Origin: Agitococcus sp.
GTDB lineage: Bacteria > Pseudomonadota > Gammaproteobacteria > Pseudomonadales > Moraxellaceae
NCBI GenBank assembly: GCA_046347315.1
Contig: JAXMGJ010000008.1
Location: forward strand, 1,304 to 65,303
DNA: 64,000 bases
Direction of reading: 5' to 3'
Below, piece after piece: positions 1-9,820 of this stretch. How positions within the stretch are numbered: position 1 is the first letter of the stretch; every line of letters starts with the position of its first letter. The translations under genes were made by a program, and so were the position numbers. Below the pieces are notes generated by a model. The model worked only from the letters and a program-made list of their open reading frames with translations, was not told the origin of the DNA and did not search any database.

Positions 1-664
1 TAATGCCTTGAGTATTACAGGTAAAACGCTTGCTCAGTTAGGTACAGAGCAAGCCAGTACAACATGGCCAAAAGCTACCGAAGCGAATTCTCAAATAGTA
101 CGTTTTAATGATACCGAAAACAGTGATATGTCTTTTGCGTGGCCAAAACAAAATAGCCAAATCACTGTTAATCATCAAGGCGAGGGTAGTCCTTGGTTGC
201 GGGTATCAACCGCAGCGCGTATTCCAATTACTAAGGCTGATGAAAAAGGCTATCGTATTTTTAAAGACATAATTCCGATTCAACAAAAAGTCAAAGGTGA
301 GTGGCATGTGGGTGATGTTATGCGCGTTGAGTTGTCATTTACCTCTAGCCAAGAAATGGGTTGGGTGGTGGTTAATGACCCAATTCCTACAGGCGCAGTG
401 TTGTTGGGACGTGGTTTAAAACGTGATAGTGAGTTGTTAAATCGGGGTACAAATGATTGGTGGCCAGTTTATGTTGAATATGCGGCGGATGCTTATCGGG
501 CGTATTATCAATATTTACCATCGAATACTAAATGGCAAAGTGCCTATACCGTACGTCTCAATCAAGCAGGCACGTTTAAGTTACCTGCAACACGAGTTGA
601 GGCGATGTATGCACCTGATGTGTATGGTTTAAATCCTAATAAAACGATGGAGGTTAAACCTTAG
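1..664 (+). CDS. Bacterial alpha-2-macroglobulin family protein, C-terminal part (truncated by window start)
   Basis: The C-terminal motifs VGDVMRVEL, VVVNDPIPTGA and GTFKLPATRVEAMYAP are typical of YfhM-like A2M. Its usual partner pbpC lies 3.7 kb downstream. Confidence 0.88.
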   Translation, partial: NALSITGKTLAQLGTEQASTTWPKATEANSQIVRFNDTENSDMSFAWPKQNSQITVNHQGEGSPWLRVSTAARIPITKADEKGYRIFKDIIPIQQKVKGEWHVGDVMRVELSFTSSQEMGWVVVNDPIPTGAVLLGRGLKRDSELLNRGTNDWWPVYVEYAADAYRAYYQYLPSNTKWQSAYTVRLNQAGTFKLPATRVEAMYAPDVYGLNPNKTMEVKP

Positions 665-681
665 GTCATAAATTGTGGTGC

Positions 682-713
682 ATGACCTGTATATTGCTCA
701 GATGACAGGTCAT
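682..713. terminator. Possible bidirectional hairpin between convergent genes
   Basis: 9-bp inverted repeat ATGACCTGT (682-690) / ACAGGTCAT (705-713), without a clear U-tract. Confidence 0.35.
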
Positions 714-1309
714 TACTGCAACTCAACCGCTTTTTTCTCTAACCACTCCGTAACATCACTATTATCAACTCGATAATAAATATCCTCGACACTTACTGTT
801 AAATCAACCGCCTCAAATGTCACATCTTCACCCAAAAAAAAATGTTCAGATTGCCAACCTGTTCGGCGGCGAATAATTTCGACATCCACAAAATCTTGCT
901 CAATGAGCACGTATTCTTGTAGGGCAGGAATTTGGGTATAAAACTGCCTTTTTAGTTTTTCGTCTGTTTGCCGTGTTGATTTAGACAATACTTCTACCAA
1001 TAGGGTAGGGCTTTCAGTAAAGTAACTACTACCCGATAAATTGGAACAATCCACCAATACATCAGGATAAAAAAATTTGCTGTCAATTTTGACTTTCATA
1101 TCAGAGGTATAAGGTTGGCAAGGTTGATTGCGTAAGTGCAAGCTTAATGCTGTAAAAAAGTTTCCAGCAATCCGATTATGATTAGCACTTGCGCCCGACA
1201 TGGCATACACTTCGCCATCGATATATTCGTGTTTAATATCAGAGAGTTGCTCACCGTCTAAATATTCTGTTTCGCTAATAAATACAGTGCGTTGTTGTAG
1301 TGCAGACAT
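713..1309 (-). CDS. Uma2 family (PD-(D/E)XK) putative endonuclease
   Basis: KHEYIDGEVYAMSGAS..HNRI, YPDVLV, LLVEVLSKST and IPALQEYVLIEQD are Uma2 signatures. Start moved to ATG 1309 because a GGGAG RBS precedes it. Confidence 0.9.
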   Translation of the reverse strand: MSALQQRTVFISETEYLDGEQLSDIKHEYIDGEVYAMSGASANHNRIAGNFFTALSLHLRNQPCQPYTSDMKVKIDSKFFYPDVLVDCSNLSGSSYFTESPTLLVEVLSKSTRQTDEKLKRQFYTQIPALQEYVLIEQDFVDVEIIRRRTGWQSEHFFLGEDVTFEAVDLTVSVEDIYYRVDNSDVTEWLEKKAVELQ

Positions 1310-1419
1310 GGCTGCCACTCCCATTATAAGTGAGTTGTGTCATATATAAGCACTAAGCCATAAAAAAGCAAACACAAGGTATTGGTTTTTTGTTGAATAA
1401 AATGTTTAAAAAGTCATAG

Positions 1420-1433
1420 ACAAATACATTTGT
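1420..1433. promoter_or_regulatory. Palindromic operator candidate upstream of acyl-CoA synthetase
   Basis: Perfect 6-2-6 palindrome ACAAAT-AC-ATTTGT in the divergent intergenic region. A TetR-type site is only an inference. Confidence 0.3.
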
Positions 1434-1553
1434 TTGCGAAACAACACTTTTCAGCAAGCGCGGTCAATGATAGGCTTCGACACAGCGTAATTTGACCATC
1501 ATATATGTAATAGCTGTGCTCAACAGCGGATTTTTAATAGAGGATATAATAAC

Positions 1554-3248
1554 ATGGCTAATAATGCAGAAAAGCAAACCCTGCTTCATTGTCTTTTATA
1601 TTGGGAAAAAAACACACCCAGTGGCATTTATTTAACACAACCCTTTGGCAATGGTGTGGTGAAAGATTATACATGGCAGCAAGTGGGTGACGAAGTTAGA
1701 CGTATTGCAGCTTATATTCAGTCATTAAATTTACCTCCAAAAAGTAATATTGCTTTATTAGGTCGCAACTCAGCTCATTGGATTATGGCCGATTTAGCGA
1801 TTTGGATGTCTGGTCATATTACTGTGCCGTTATATCCCACCTTAAATGGCGAAACAGCCGAATATATTTTTGAACACAGCGAAGCTAAATTATTGATTGT
1901 TGGTAAAATGGATGGCAAAGCTGATGGTTGGAAAGAAATCAAAACCGTCATTCCTCAAGGTTTGCCAATTATTGCTGCACCATTGTCTCCACCAGAGTTA
2001 TCTAGTCAGCCACAATGGGATGATATTGTTGCCAAAACTGAACCCCTTAAAAATCCAACATTGCCACAATTAGATGATATTGCGACTATTGTTTATACAT
2101 CGGGCAGTACAGGCAAGCCCAAAGGTGTGTTGCATAGCTTCCGCACCATGATTGTGATTACCAGTGGTATGGAAGAAATCTGGGGCTTTAGCAGCAGTGA
2201 GCGTATGTTGTCGTACTTGCCTTTAGCTCATGTTGCCGAGCGTGCGGCAGTAGAAACGATGTCTTTATTCTTCGGTTTTCATATTTTCTTCTCCGAAGGT
2301 TTAGACACCTTCCAAAAAGACTTACAACGCGCCCAACCGACTATTTTCTTCTCTGTACCTCGTTTATGGACGAAGTTCTATTTGGGTGTAAACGAGAAGT
2401 TACCGCCTAAAAAGCAAAAAATATTATTCAATATTCCAATCTTAAACAAAATCATCAAGAAGAAAATTTTAACTCAGTTAGGCATGAACCACGTACGTGT
2501 TGCCTTAACAGGTTCTGCACCGTTACCACCACAAATTATTGAATGGTATCGTAATTTAGGTTTAGAGTTATTGGACGTATATGGTATGTCCGAAAACTTT
2601 GCCTACTCTCATGCTTGTAAGCCAAATGAAGTGCGCGTGGGGTATGTGGGTTCAGTTAATCCGGGTGTGTTACATCGTATTGCTGACAATGGCGAAATTC
2701 AGGTAAAAAGCCCAGCCCAAATGATTGGTTATTTTAAAATGCCTGACAAAATGGCCGAAGAAATGACCGATGATGGTTACTTTAAAACAGGTGACCGTGG
2801 TGAAATTGACGAAAAAGGTCGTTTACGCATTACAGGTCGTGTTAAAGAGTTATTTAAAACCAGTAAGGGTAAATATGTTGCGCCAGTACCCATTGAAAAC
2901 AAACTCAACAACCATCCAAAAGTGGAAGTGGTGTGTGTGACAGGTGCAGGTGAGCCTCAACCTTTTGCCTTGTTTATGTTGTCTTTAGATGCCATCAAAG
3001 AGTTAGAAAAAGGTGAATTGGATAAAGAAACCTTAACTAATGAATTTAAAGAGTTGCTAAAAAATGTTAATGGCACTTTAGAAGACCATGAAGTATTGGA
3101 TTATATTGTGGTGGTCAAAGACCAATGGACAATGGAAAATGGCTTTTTAACCCCAACCATGAAAATCAAACGTAATGTCATTGAGGATCGTTATTTAAAA
3201 AATGGCGAAAAATGGGTTGCGTTAAAGCAAAAAGTCATTTGGGAGTAA
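1554..3248 (+). CDS. Long-chain fatty acid-CoA ligase (AMP-binding protein)
   Basis: AMP-binding motifs IVYTSGSTGKPKG, YGMSE and FKTGDRG, plus GFLTPTMKIKR. GAGGA RBS. Confidence 0.92.
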   Translation: MANNAEKQTLLHCLLYWEKNTPSGIYLTQPFGNGVVKDYTWQQVGDEVRRIAAYIQSLNLPPKSNIALLGRNSAHWIMADLAIWMSGHITVPLYPTLNGETAEYIFEHSEAKLLIVGKMDGKADGWKEIKTVIPQGLPIIAAPLSPPELSSQPQWDDIVAKTEPLKNPTLPQLDDIATIVYTSGSTGKPKGVLHSFRTMIVITSGMEEIWGFSSSERMLSYLPLAHVAERAAVETMSLFFGFHIFFSEGLDTFQKDLQRAQPTIFFSVPRLWTKFYLGVNEKLPPKKQKILFNIPILNKIIKKKILTQLGMNHVRVALTGSAPLPPQIIEWYRNLGLELLDVYGMSENFAYSHACKPNEVRVGYVGSVNPGVLHRIADNGEIQVKSPAQMIGYFKMPDKMAEEMTDDGYFKTGDRGEIDEKGRLRITGRVKELFKTSKGKYVAPVPIENKLNNHPKVEVVCVTGAGEPQPFALFMLSLDAIKELEKGELDKETLTNEFKELLKNVNGTLEDHEVLDYIVVVKDQWTMENGFLTPTMKIKRNVIEDRYLKNGEKWVALKQKVIWE

Positions 3249-3264
3249 GCTGGGAAAGGCAGCT

Positions 3265-3293
3265 TTGACAAGATAATATTTTTTGCTTATCAT
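3265..3293 (+). promoter_or_regulatory. sigma70 promoter of the ncRNA-abi unit
   Basis: TTGACA (3265-3270), 17-bp spacer, TATCAT (3288-3293). Predicted TSS about 3300. Confidence 0.8.
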
Positions 3294-3299
3294 TGTCAT

Positions 3300-3358
3300 A
3301 ACAACGGCATCACCCATGTCTATTCTTTGGAATAACAGTAAGCGGTGGTGCCTTTTTT
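3300..3358 (+). ncRNA. Structured leader or small RNA upstream of the Abi gene (abiF-like RNA antitoxin or attenuator candidate)
   Basis: Outer stem GGCATCACC (3306-3314) / GGTGGTGCC (3344-3352), inner stem TGT-TATTC / GAATA-ACA, then TTTTTT directly before the ATG. Confidence 0.65.
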
Positions 3359-4348
3359 ATGGATGAAAAAAACATCATTATGTCAAAAACACCTTATCAA
3401 AAGCCTTTTCAAACCGGTTTAGAACTTTGCAATAAATTAGTTGCAGAAGGTATGGTTATTAACGATATTACTAATGCAGCAAAGAGTATAGAAAACTTTA
3501 GTTATTATCGTTTTAAAGCCTATTTAATTCCATTCAGAGTTCCAACAAATAAAAGCCATTTTTTAAATAATACTACTTTTGAGCGTGTCAGAAATCTGTA
3601 TTATTTTGACGAATCATTGAGAGAAATGTTATTTGGGTTTATACAAAAAATAGAAGTATTGCTTCGAAGTACATTTGACCGTCATATTGCACAACAAACA
3701 CAAAATAATTTTTGGTATTTAGATTCTTCATTATTCAAAGAAAATAAAAATGTACATGGTACAGTTAACACGGTGAGAAGTTATTTTTTGGAGTCCTCAG
3801 AAGAGTTTGCTCAGCATTTTAGGCAAAAGTATTTTAATCCATATTGCCCATTTTATCGTGATTTACCGCCAAGTTGGGTTGCTATAGAGTTGATGTCATT
3901 TGGAAATTTAAAAAAATTTATGGAAGCTATAGCTGAGGATAAAATCGTTGGTTTAAAATTGGATAGATTCGCGAGAAAAATTGGATGTTCTAATTATCAA
4001 ACTCTATTAAATTGGATTGCTTTAATTCATGAAGTTCGTAATTGCTGTTGCCATCATGCAAGAGTGTTTAACCGAAACTTTAGTGCCCCTGTTGGAATTA
4101 AAAGTAGATTAAGCAAAAATATCAGCTTGGTTAAATGTCAAACCGCAAAAGGAGGGCAGGAAGACCAACTGAATAGAATATATAGTTGCTTGGTTATTAT
4201 ACAAATCTTACTCAACAGCAGTGTATATCAAAATATTGTTGGCAATAAATTACAATTATTATTTCAAGAGCATCAGATTGGTTTAGAGTTTTTACCATCA
4301 ATGGGGATTCCTAAAGATTGGCAACAAGAACCTTTGTTTTTTGCCTAA
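3359..4348 (+). CDS. Abi family (AbiD/AbiF, Abi_2) HEPN-domain abortive infection protein
   Basis: N-terminal KPF...L...GMVI.D...SYYRFKAY, LYYFDESLR and PPSWVAIELMSFG. HEPN RxxxxH motif RNCCCH at 4037-4054. Visibly more AT-rich than its flanks. Confidence 0.9.
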   Translation: MDEKNIIMSKTPYQKPFQTGLELCNKLVAEGMVINDITNAAKSIENFSYYRFKAYLIPFRVPTNKSHFLNNTTFERVRNLYYFDESLREMLFGFIQKIEVLLRSTFDRHIAQQTQNNFWYLDSSLFKENKNVHGTVNTVRSYFLESSEEFAQHFRQKYFNPYCPFYRDLPPSWVAIELMSFGNLKKFMEAIAEDKIVGLKLDRFARKIGCSNYQTLLNWIALIHEVRNCCCHHARVFNRNFSAPVGIKSRLSKNISLVKCQTAKGGQEDQLNRIYSCLVIIQILLNSSVYQNIVGNKLQLLFQEHQIGLEFLPSMGIPKDWQQEPLFFA

Positions 4349-4364
4349 TCTTAGGAATGATATT

Positions 4365-6482
4365 GTGCAGATTATATTTAAAATAATATTGATATTAGCA
4401 ACGTTGTTTGTTGTATCTGTTCAAGCCTCTCAACCGCCAACATTTTCCCAAATCCAACAACAATGGCAATCTTCTTATGGCCGCTTATTAGATCGACATG
4501 GCCAAGTATTAGCTTATCAACGTCTGAATAAACAACAACATCGCTTTGAATGGACGCCATTAGAAGAAGTATCACCAGCGTTAATTGATGCTTTGTTATT
4601 TGTCGAAGACAGAGATTTTTATCGTCATCATGGTGTCGATTGGGGCGCGGTAAGTCGTTCGGCAGTGAGCTACTTAACAGGGCAAAAAGCCCGTGGCGCA
4701 AGCACCTTAACCATGCAATTAACCGCCATGCTTGACCCTAAGTTATCATGGCAAACAGGTGGTCGTAGTCTTAAACGTAAATGGCAACAACTCCAAGCCG
4801 CGCGTCAGCTCGAAAAAACATGGACAAAAGCACAAATCCTTGAAGCCTATATCAATTTAATGGTGTGGCGTGGCGATTTACAAGGCGTCAGCACTGCTAG
4901 TTTAGCGTTGTTTGGCAAATGGCCGCGTGGTTTAAACAAAGAAGAAAGCATTTTATTGGTCAGTTTGTTGGCAGCACCGAATGCCAGTATTCAACGGATT
5001 GCTGATCGTGCGTGTGTGTTAATCAATGCTGGTTATCAAGCCGATTGCCAAGAGGTCAAAGCACTAGCTTTTCAACAACTCAGTCAACGGCGTTTACCTA
5101 TAGAACAACGTGCTGATAGTTTAAGTTTAGCCGCACGTTTATTAACCCAAGCCAATCAAATTTATCAAACTAGCCTAGATAAAAACTTACAAGACTTTAG
5201 TTATCAAGCCTTACGTAGCCAGTTAGCCTCATTAGCTGCACAAAAAGCCAATGCAGGGGCAGTATTGGTACTCAATAATCAAACAGGCGAAGTATTGGCT
5301 TATGTGGCAAATAGTGGTTTGGTTGAAGATAAAGTTTGGGTGGATGGGATTTATGCGCCACGCCAAGCAGGTTCAACACTCAAACCTTTTTTGTATGGTT
5401 TGGCGTTTGAAAATAACTTATTAACGGCTGCTTCTGTATTAGATGACCAAGCCTTAAATATCAGCACCGAACAAGGTTTATATGTGCCACAAAATTACGA
5501 AAAAGACTTTAAAGGTGCAGTGATTGCCCGCCGTGCTTTAGCCAGCTCATTAAATATTCCCGCCGTATTAACACTCAATAAAGTTGGTTTAGAAAACTTT
5601 TGGAAGATGCTTAATGAACTTGGTTTTTCGTTGGAACAACAAGCCGATTATTATGGCAATGCCTTAGCCTTGGGTGGCGCAGATATTAATGTGTGGCAAT
5701 TAGCCAATGCCTATCGTGCTTTAGCCAATCAAGGGCAATTTAGTGAATCAACTTTAGAATTATCCCCTCCAACCAGTCCAACAAAAACAATTTTATCGCC
5801 ACAAGCCAGTTTTATTGTGGCAGATATTCTGAGTGATCGAAATGCACGTAGTTTAACCTTTGGTTATGAGAATCCATTAGCCACGCCATTTTGGTCGGCG
5901 GTAAAAACAGGAACCAGTAAAGATATGCGTGATAACTGGTGTGTGGGGTTTTCAAGGCGATTTACGGTGGCGGTGTGGGTGGGCAATATGCAAGGTTTGC
6001 CAATGCGTGATGTGTCGGGAATGACAGGTGCAGCACCCGTTTGGCAAATGGTGATGAATTATTTAGAAGCAGGTGCGGGACAATCATTTGCACCACAGCC
6101 CCCTAAAGGTGTACATCAACAATCGGTTGAGTTTGAAGGCTTTGCACAGCCCAATTATCAAGAATGGTTTATGGATGGCACTGAGCAAGCAAAAGTCACT
6201 TATTGGCCAAATAATGTGCCTGATATTGTTTATCCTGTTGCTAACACGATTATTGCTTTAGACCCTGATATGCCTAAAAACTATCAAAAAGTGTTTTTTA
6301 AAGCAAAAACAGGGGGTGAGCAGTTGCGCTTTTGGTTAAACGATCAGTACTTGGCCTCGGCTCAACAAGAGTATGGGTGGCAACCAAAACGTGGTCGTTA
6401 TCTATTACAACTTAAGAATTTACAAGGTCAAGTACGCGCACAAGTGCGTTTTGAAGTGCGTGGTAAAGAGCTTTTTAAGTGA
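4365..6482 (+). CDS. pbpC: Penicillin-binding protein 1C
   Basis: Transglycosylase motifs EDRDFYRHHGVD and GASTLTMQL. Transpeptidase motifs STLK, SLN and KTG. C-terminal BiPBP_C-like domain. GTG start at 4365 follows AGGA. Confidence 0.93.
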   Translation: MQIIFKIILILATLFVVSVQASQPPTFSQIQQQWQSSYGRLLDRHGQVLAYQRLNKQQHRFEWTPLEEVSPALIDALLFVEDRDFYRHHGVDWGAVSRSAVSYLTGQKARGASTLTMQLTAMLDPKLSWQTGGRSLKRKWQQLQAARQLEKTWTKAQILEAYINLMVWRGDLQGVSTASLALFGKWPRGLNKEESILLVSLLAAPNASIQRIADRACVLINAGYQADCQEVKALAFQQLSQRRLPIEQRADSLSLAARLLTQANQIYQTSLDKNLQDFSYQALRSQLASLAAQKANAGAVLVLNNQTGEVLAYVANSGLVEDKVWVDGIYAPRQAGSTLKPFLYGLAFENNLLTAASVLDDQALNISTEQGLYVPQNYEKDFKGAVIARRALASSLNIPAVLTLNKVGLENFWKMLNELGFSLEQQADYYGNALALGGADINVWQLANAYRALANQGQFSESTLELSPPTSPTKTILSPQASFIVADILSDRNARSLTFGYENPLATPFWSAVKTGTSKDMRDNWCVGFSRRFTVAVWVGNMQGLPMRDVSGMTGAAPVWQMVMNYLEAGAGQSFAPQPPKGVHQQSVEFEGFAQPNYQEWFMDGTEQAKVTYWPNNVPDIVYPVANTIIALDPDMPKNYQKVFFKAKTGGEQLRFWLNDQYLASAQQEYGWQPKRGRYLLQLKNLQGQVRAQVRFEVRGKELFK

Positions 6483-6659
6483 GATAAAATAGCCACTATT
6501 AACGCTTAGATATTATTGTCCGACAAAAAGACTATTTAAATTTGAGAATCATGTTAGTTTAAGTCAGTATCTACATATTGCTCACAGATATTTTACACTG
6601 TTGTATCTCACTCTAACATTCTATAACGAGTAACATTACTTGCTCTTAAGGAATATCCT

Positions 6660-7421
6660 ATGAGTTTAAAAGACTCTTTTATTATGCCTGACTGGCCAGC
6701 CCCCGTTAATGTTCATGCGGTTGTTACAACACGTTTAGGTGGTTGTAGTGATAGCCCTTATGATAGTTTGAATTTGGCTTTTCATGTTGGTGATGAATCT
6801 AGTAAAGTTGTAGAAAATCGCCGCAAATTATTATCGGCTCTTAATGAAATAGCCCCTTGTGGTCCTCCGCAATGGTTGCAGCAAGTGCATGGTACAGAAG
6901 TTGTAGATGCCTTTAGTGAACCAAAACGTCGCGCTCAAACAGTCCCTGAGGCAGATGCTGTAACCACCACTCATCGTGGCTTACCTTGTGTGGTCATGAC
7001 CGCCGATTGTTTGCCTGTGTTTTTTTGTGATCAAAGTGGTCATCGAGTAGCAGTAGCTCATGCTGGATGGCGTGGTTTGTGTAATGGTGTTCTAGAAAAT
7101 ACCTTGGCAAAATTTACTAATCCTGCAGAAGTGATGTGTTGGTTAGGGCCAGCTATTGGTACTAAGGCTTTTGAGGTAGGAGCAGAAGTACGTGATGCCT
7201 TTATCAAAGTGGATACCGCAGCGAATAGCGCATTCATAGCTCAAGCAAATGGAAAATATTTTGCTGATATTTATGCTCTGGCACGTCAACGCTTAATGAA
7301 AGCAGGTATAGGTATGATTAGTGGTGGCGATTTGTGTACTGTCACTGATAAAGAACATTTTTTCTCTTATCGCCGCGAGCAAACAACAGGACGTATGGCT
7401 TCGGTTATTTGGCTAGCATAA
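6660..7421 (+). CDS. pgeF: Peptidoglycan editing factor / YfiH family protein
   Basis: PDWPAP, QVHG, TADCLPV, HAGWRG and FFSYRR motifs. Confidence 0.95.
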   Translation: MSLKDSFIMPDWPAPVNVHAVVTTRLGGCSDSPYDSLNLAFHVGDESSKVVENRRKLLSALNEIAPCGPPQWLQQVHGTEVVDAFSEPKRRAQTVPEADAVTTTHRGLPCVVMTADCLPVFFCDQSGHRVAVAHAGWRGLCNGVLENTLAKFTNPAEVMCWLGPAIGTKAFEVGAEVRDAFIKVDTAANSAFIAQANGKYFADIYALARQRLMKAGIGMISGGDLCTVTDKEHFFSYRREQTTGRMASVIWLA

Positions 7422-7422
7422 T

Positions 7423-7968
7423 ATGGCAAAAAATATCGTTATTGTTTATCACAGTGGTTATGGCCATACTCAAAAAATAGCACAGCATATTGCTTTAGGC
7501 GTGAGTCAAATAGCCGATATTGAATGTTATTTAATGTCAGTAGATGTTGTTGATTGGCAATTGTTGGCCGATGCTGACGCTATTGTTATGGGCTGCCCGA
7601 CTTATATGGGCAGTGCATCAGCCGCTTTTAAAACCTTTATGGATGACACATCTAAGGTGTGGTTAGAGCAAAGTTGGCAAGGTAAATTAGCTGCAGGTTT
7701 TACCAATTCGGGGGGATTGAGTGGTGATAAACTGGCAGTTTTGCAACAAATTCAGTTGTTTGCCATGCAGCATGGCATGTTGTGGGTGGGAATGCCCTTA
7801 ATGCCAACTGGTACCCAACCAGAAGACTTAAATCGTATGGGTAGTTATATGGGGTTAATGGCGCAATCAGATAGTGCGCCTGTTGATGTGACACCGCCGA
7901 TTGGCGATTTAAGAACAGCAGAATGGTTTGGTCAGCATATTGCCAAAACTAGTTTACGATGTTTGTGA
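7423..7968 (+). CDS. Flavodoxin family (WrbA-like) NAD(P)H-dependent oxidoreductase
   Basis: YHSGYGHT, GCPTYMG and GKLAAGFTNSG motifs. Confidence 0.88.
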   Translation: MAKNIVIVYHSGYGHTQKIAQHIALGVSQIADIECYLMSVDVVDWQLLADADAIVMGCPTYMGSASAAFKTFMDDTSKVWLEQSWQGKLAAGFTNSGGLSGDKLAVLQQIQLFAMQHGMLWVGMPLMPTGTQPEDLNRMGSYMGLMAQSDSAPVDVTPPIGDLRTAEWFGQHIAKTSLRCL

Positions 7969-8155
7969 GGGTGGACTCCTTCTCGTCACACAGTAAGCGC
8001 AATAATGGTTATTGATATGCTTCGATCTGTTGACTGATTTGTAGCACTATTGAGCGATATAACACCAAAACTTAAGCCAATGTCTTTATCCAATATAAAA
8101 CGCATCTGTATTTGGCAATAAGCTGCGTTTGTGGAATTGTGAGAGGCGCAATCAG

Positions 8156-8539
8156 TTATTGGCATCTAAAAATAACAATAGTTTTGTAGTCTTTGTCAGT
8201 TGCGGTTGTACCATAATCTTTACCAGTCATTGATTTAACAATGCCACTGACCATGGTCACTGTCTTGTTGACATCTTCGCCAACGGTGCCTTGGTATTTG
8301 GTATCCATTTTGCTCACAATAGGCATTTTTTTAAAAACACCACAGCTTTCATTGGCATTAAAAGTGGCTGCTTTTTCGCTCTCATCACCCGAAATACCAT
8401 AGCCTGCTGTTTGATAGCTACCGCCTTCTTTCATTAGGGTATGACTGGGTAAAACACCTGTGCCATAAGAGGACGAAGGATTGTTGGCACAAGCAGATAA
8501 CAAGCTAACAAGCATCAAACCCAGATAGTGGTAACGCAT
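8156..8539 (-). CDS. Hypothetical lipoprotein (127 aa)
   Basis: AGGAG RBS before ATG 8539 and lipobox LSAC. The ORF-track start at 8713 overlaps yhbY and is unlikely. Confidence 0.75.
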   Translation of the reverse strand: MRYHYLGLMLVSLLSACANNPSSSYGTGVLPSHTLMKEGGSYQTAGYGISGDESEKAATFNANESCGVFKKMPIVSKMDTKYQGTVGEDVNKTVTMVSGIVKSMTGKDYGTTATDKDYKTIVIFRCQ

Positions 8540-8549
8540 AACGTGCTCC

Positions 8550-8867
8550 TTAGGCTGATTGGCTAGCGCGTAAAATATTAGATAGTTTTGGATTTGGTTT
8601 TTTGGCACTGCGATACAATAATACGATTTTACCAATAATTTGCACCGCAATACTGTGTGTGGCAGTGGTGATTTCTTCAATGGCCGCGTGGCGTTCTTCG
8701 CGCTCTGCACCACCCAAGCGCACTTTTATTAATTCGTGGTCTTCAAGGGCGCGATCAATCTCCGCAACTACCGCCTCAGTTAAGCCTTGACCCCCTAATA
8801 AAACGACGGGATTAAGTTGATGGCCGATTTGACGAAAGCGTTTTTTTTCTGCAATAGATAAAGACAT
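8550..8867 (-). CDS. yhbY: Ribosome assembly RNA-binding protein YhbY (CRM domain)
   Basis: GHQLNPVVLLG, ALEDHELIKVR and VQIIGKIVLLYR. Divergent from rlmE, as is usual. Confidence 0.95.
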   Translation of the reverse strand: MSLSIAEKKRFRQIGHQLNPVVLLGGQGLTEAVVAEIDRALEDHELIKVRLGGAEREERHAAIEEITTATHSIAVQIIGKIVLLYRSAKKPNPKLSNILRASQSA

Positions 8868-8968
8868 GAGACACGCGCCTGAAAATTTGGTAAAAAGGAG
8901 AGCTGTATTTGCTTGATGCCGCTATTGCATCAAGATTCTGTATTCTAGCGCAAGTTTAGGTTTAACGC

Positions 8969-9610
8969 ATGAGTGTTCGCATCCGTAATAACAAGCTTAC
9001 CCAAAGTAGTAAAGAATGGATGCGCGAGCATCTGGAGGATGTTTATGTGCAGCGAGCACAAAAAGATGGCTATCGTTCGCGGGCAGCGTATAAACTGCTC
9101 GAAATTCAGCAAAAAGATAAACTATTCAAAGCGGGTATGACCGTGGTTGACTTGGGTTCTGCGCCAGGTAGTTGGTCGCAAATTGCCGCCAAATTAGTGG
9201 GGCATAATGGCATGGTTTTAGCGTCTGATATTTTAGAAATGGATGCTTTGCCTAATGTTCATTTTGTACAAGGTGACTTTAGGGAAGAAGAAGTGTTTAA
9301 TAAGTTGTTAGCGACCTTGGATGGGCGTGCTGTTGACCTTGTAATTTCGGATATGGCACCCAATATAGGAGGTAATGGCTCAGACCAACCTCGTGCCATG
9401 TATTTATGTGATTTGGCTTTAGACTTTGCACAACGAGTATTAAAGCCTAATGGTCAGTTTTTGGTTAAAGTATTTCAGGGTGAAGGCTACGATGATTATC
9501 GTAAAGCAATTATGGATTGTTTTAGTGGTCTCAAAAGTCGTAAACCCGAAGCGTCACGCGCACGTTCACGAGAAATGTACTTACTTGCAACAGGTTTTAA
9601 GGTTAAATAA
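8969..9610 (+). CDS. rlmE: 23S rRNA Um2552 methyltransferase
   Basis: [25 protein letters not shown] and [11 protein letters not shown]. Confidence 0.97.
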   Translation: MSVRIRNNKLTQSSKEWMREHLEDVYVQRAQKDGYRSRAAYKLLEIQQKDKLFKAGMTVVDLGSAPGSWSQIAAKLVGHNGMVLASDILEMDALPNVHFVQGDFREEEVFNKLLATLDGRAVDLVISDMAPNIGGNGSDQPRAMYLCDLALDFAQRVLKPNGQFLVKVFQGEGYDDYRKAIMDCFSGLKSRKPEASRARSREMYLLATGFKVK

Positions 9611-9820
9611 CTAGATATTTGGGACGTATGCAGTATGGTTGAATTATTAGCCTGCTTCGTATAATTCGTAAGTCCTGTTATTGCTAGTGTTTAGCCAGTG
9701 TTTTGGGTTTGGGTGGTTGTCAGTAGCGTCAACAATCGTTATTGTCAAAGCTCTGCTTGGTAAATAATCAGAGAGTGACTGTTGTGTCAGTGACTCTCTA
9801 CGTATGTAGGATTTTGACCC

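Noticed and set aside
713-1309. Uma2 nuclease as a partner of the Abi gene in one defence system
   Set aside because: It is on the opposite strand and separated by a metabolic gene. Uma2 genes commonly occur as scattered singletons.
7989-8105. Possible 39-codon minus-strand ORF in the flavodoxin-lipoprotein spacer
   Set aside because: It has no RBS, is very short and has no recognisable features.
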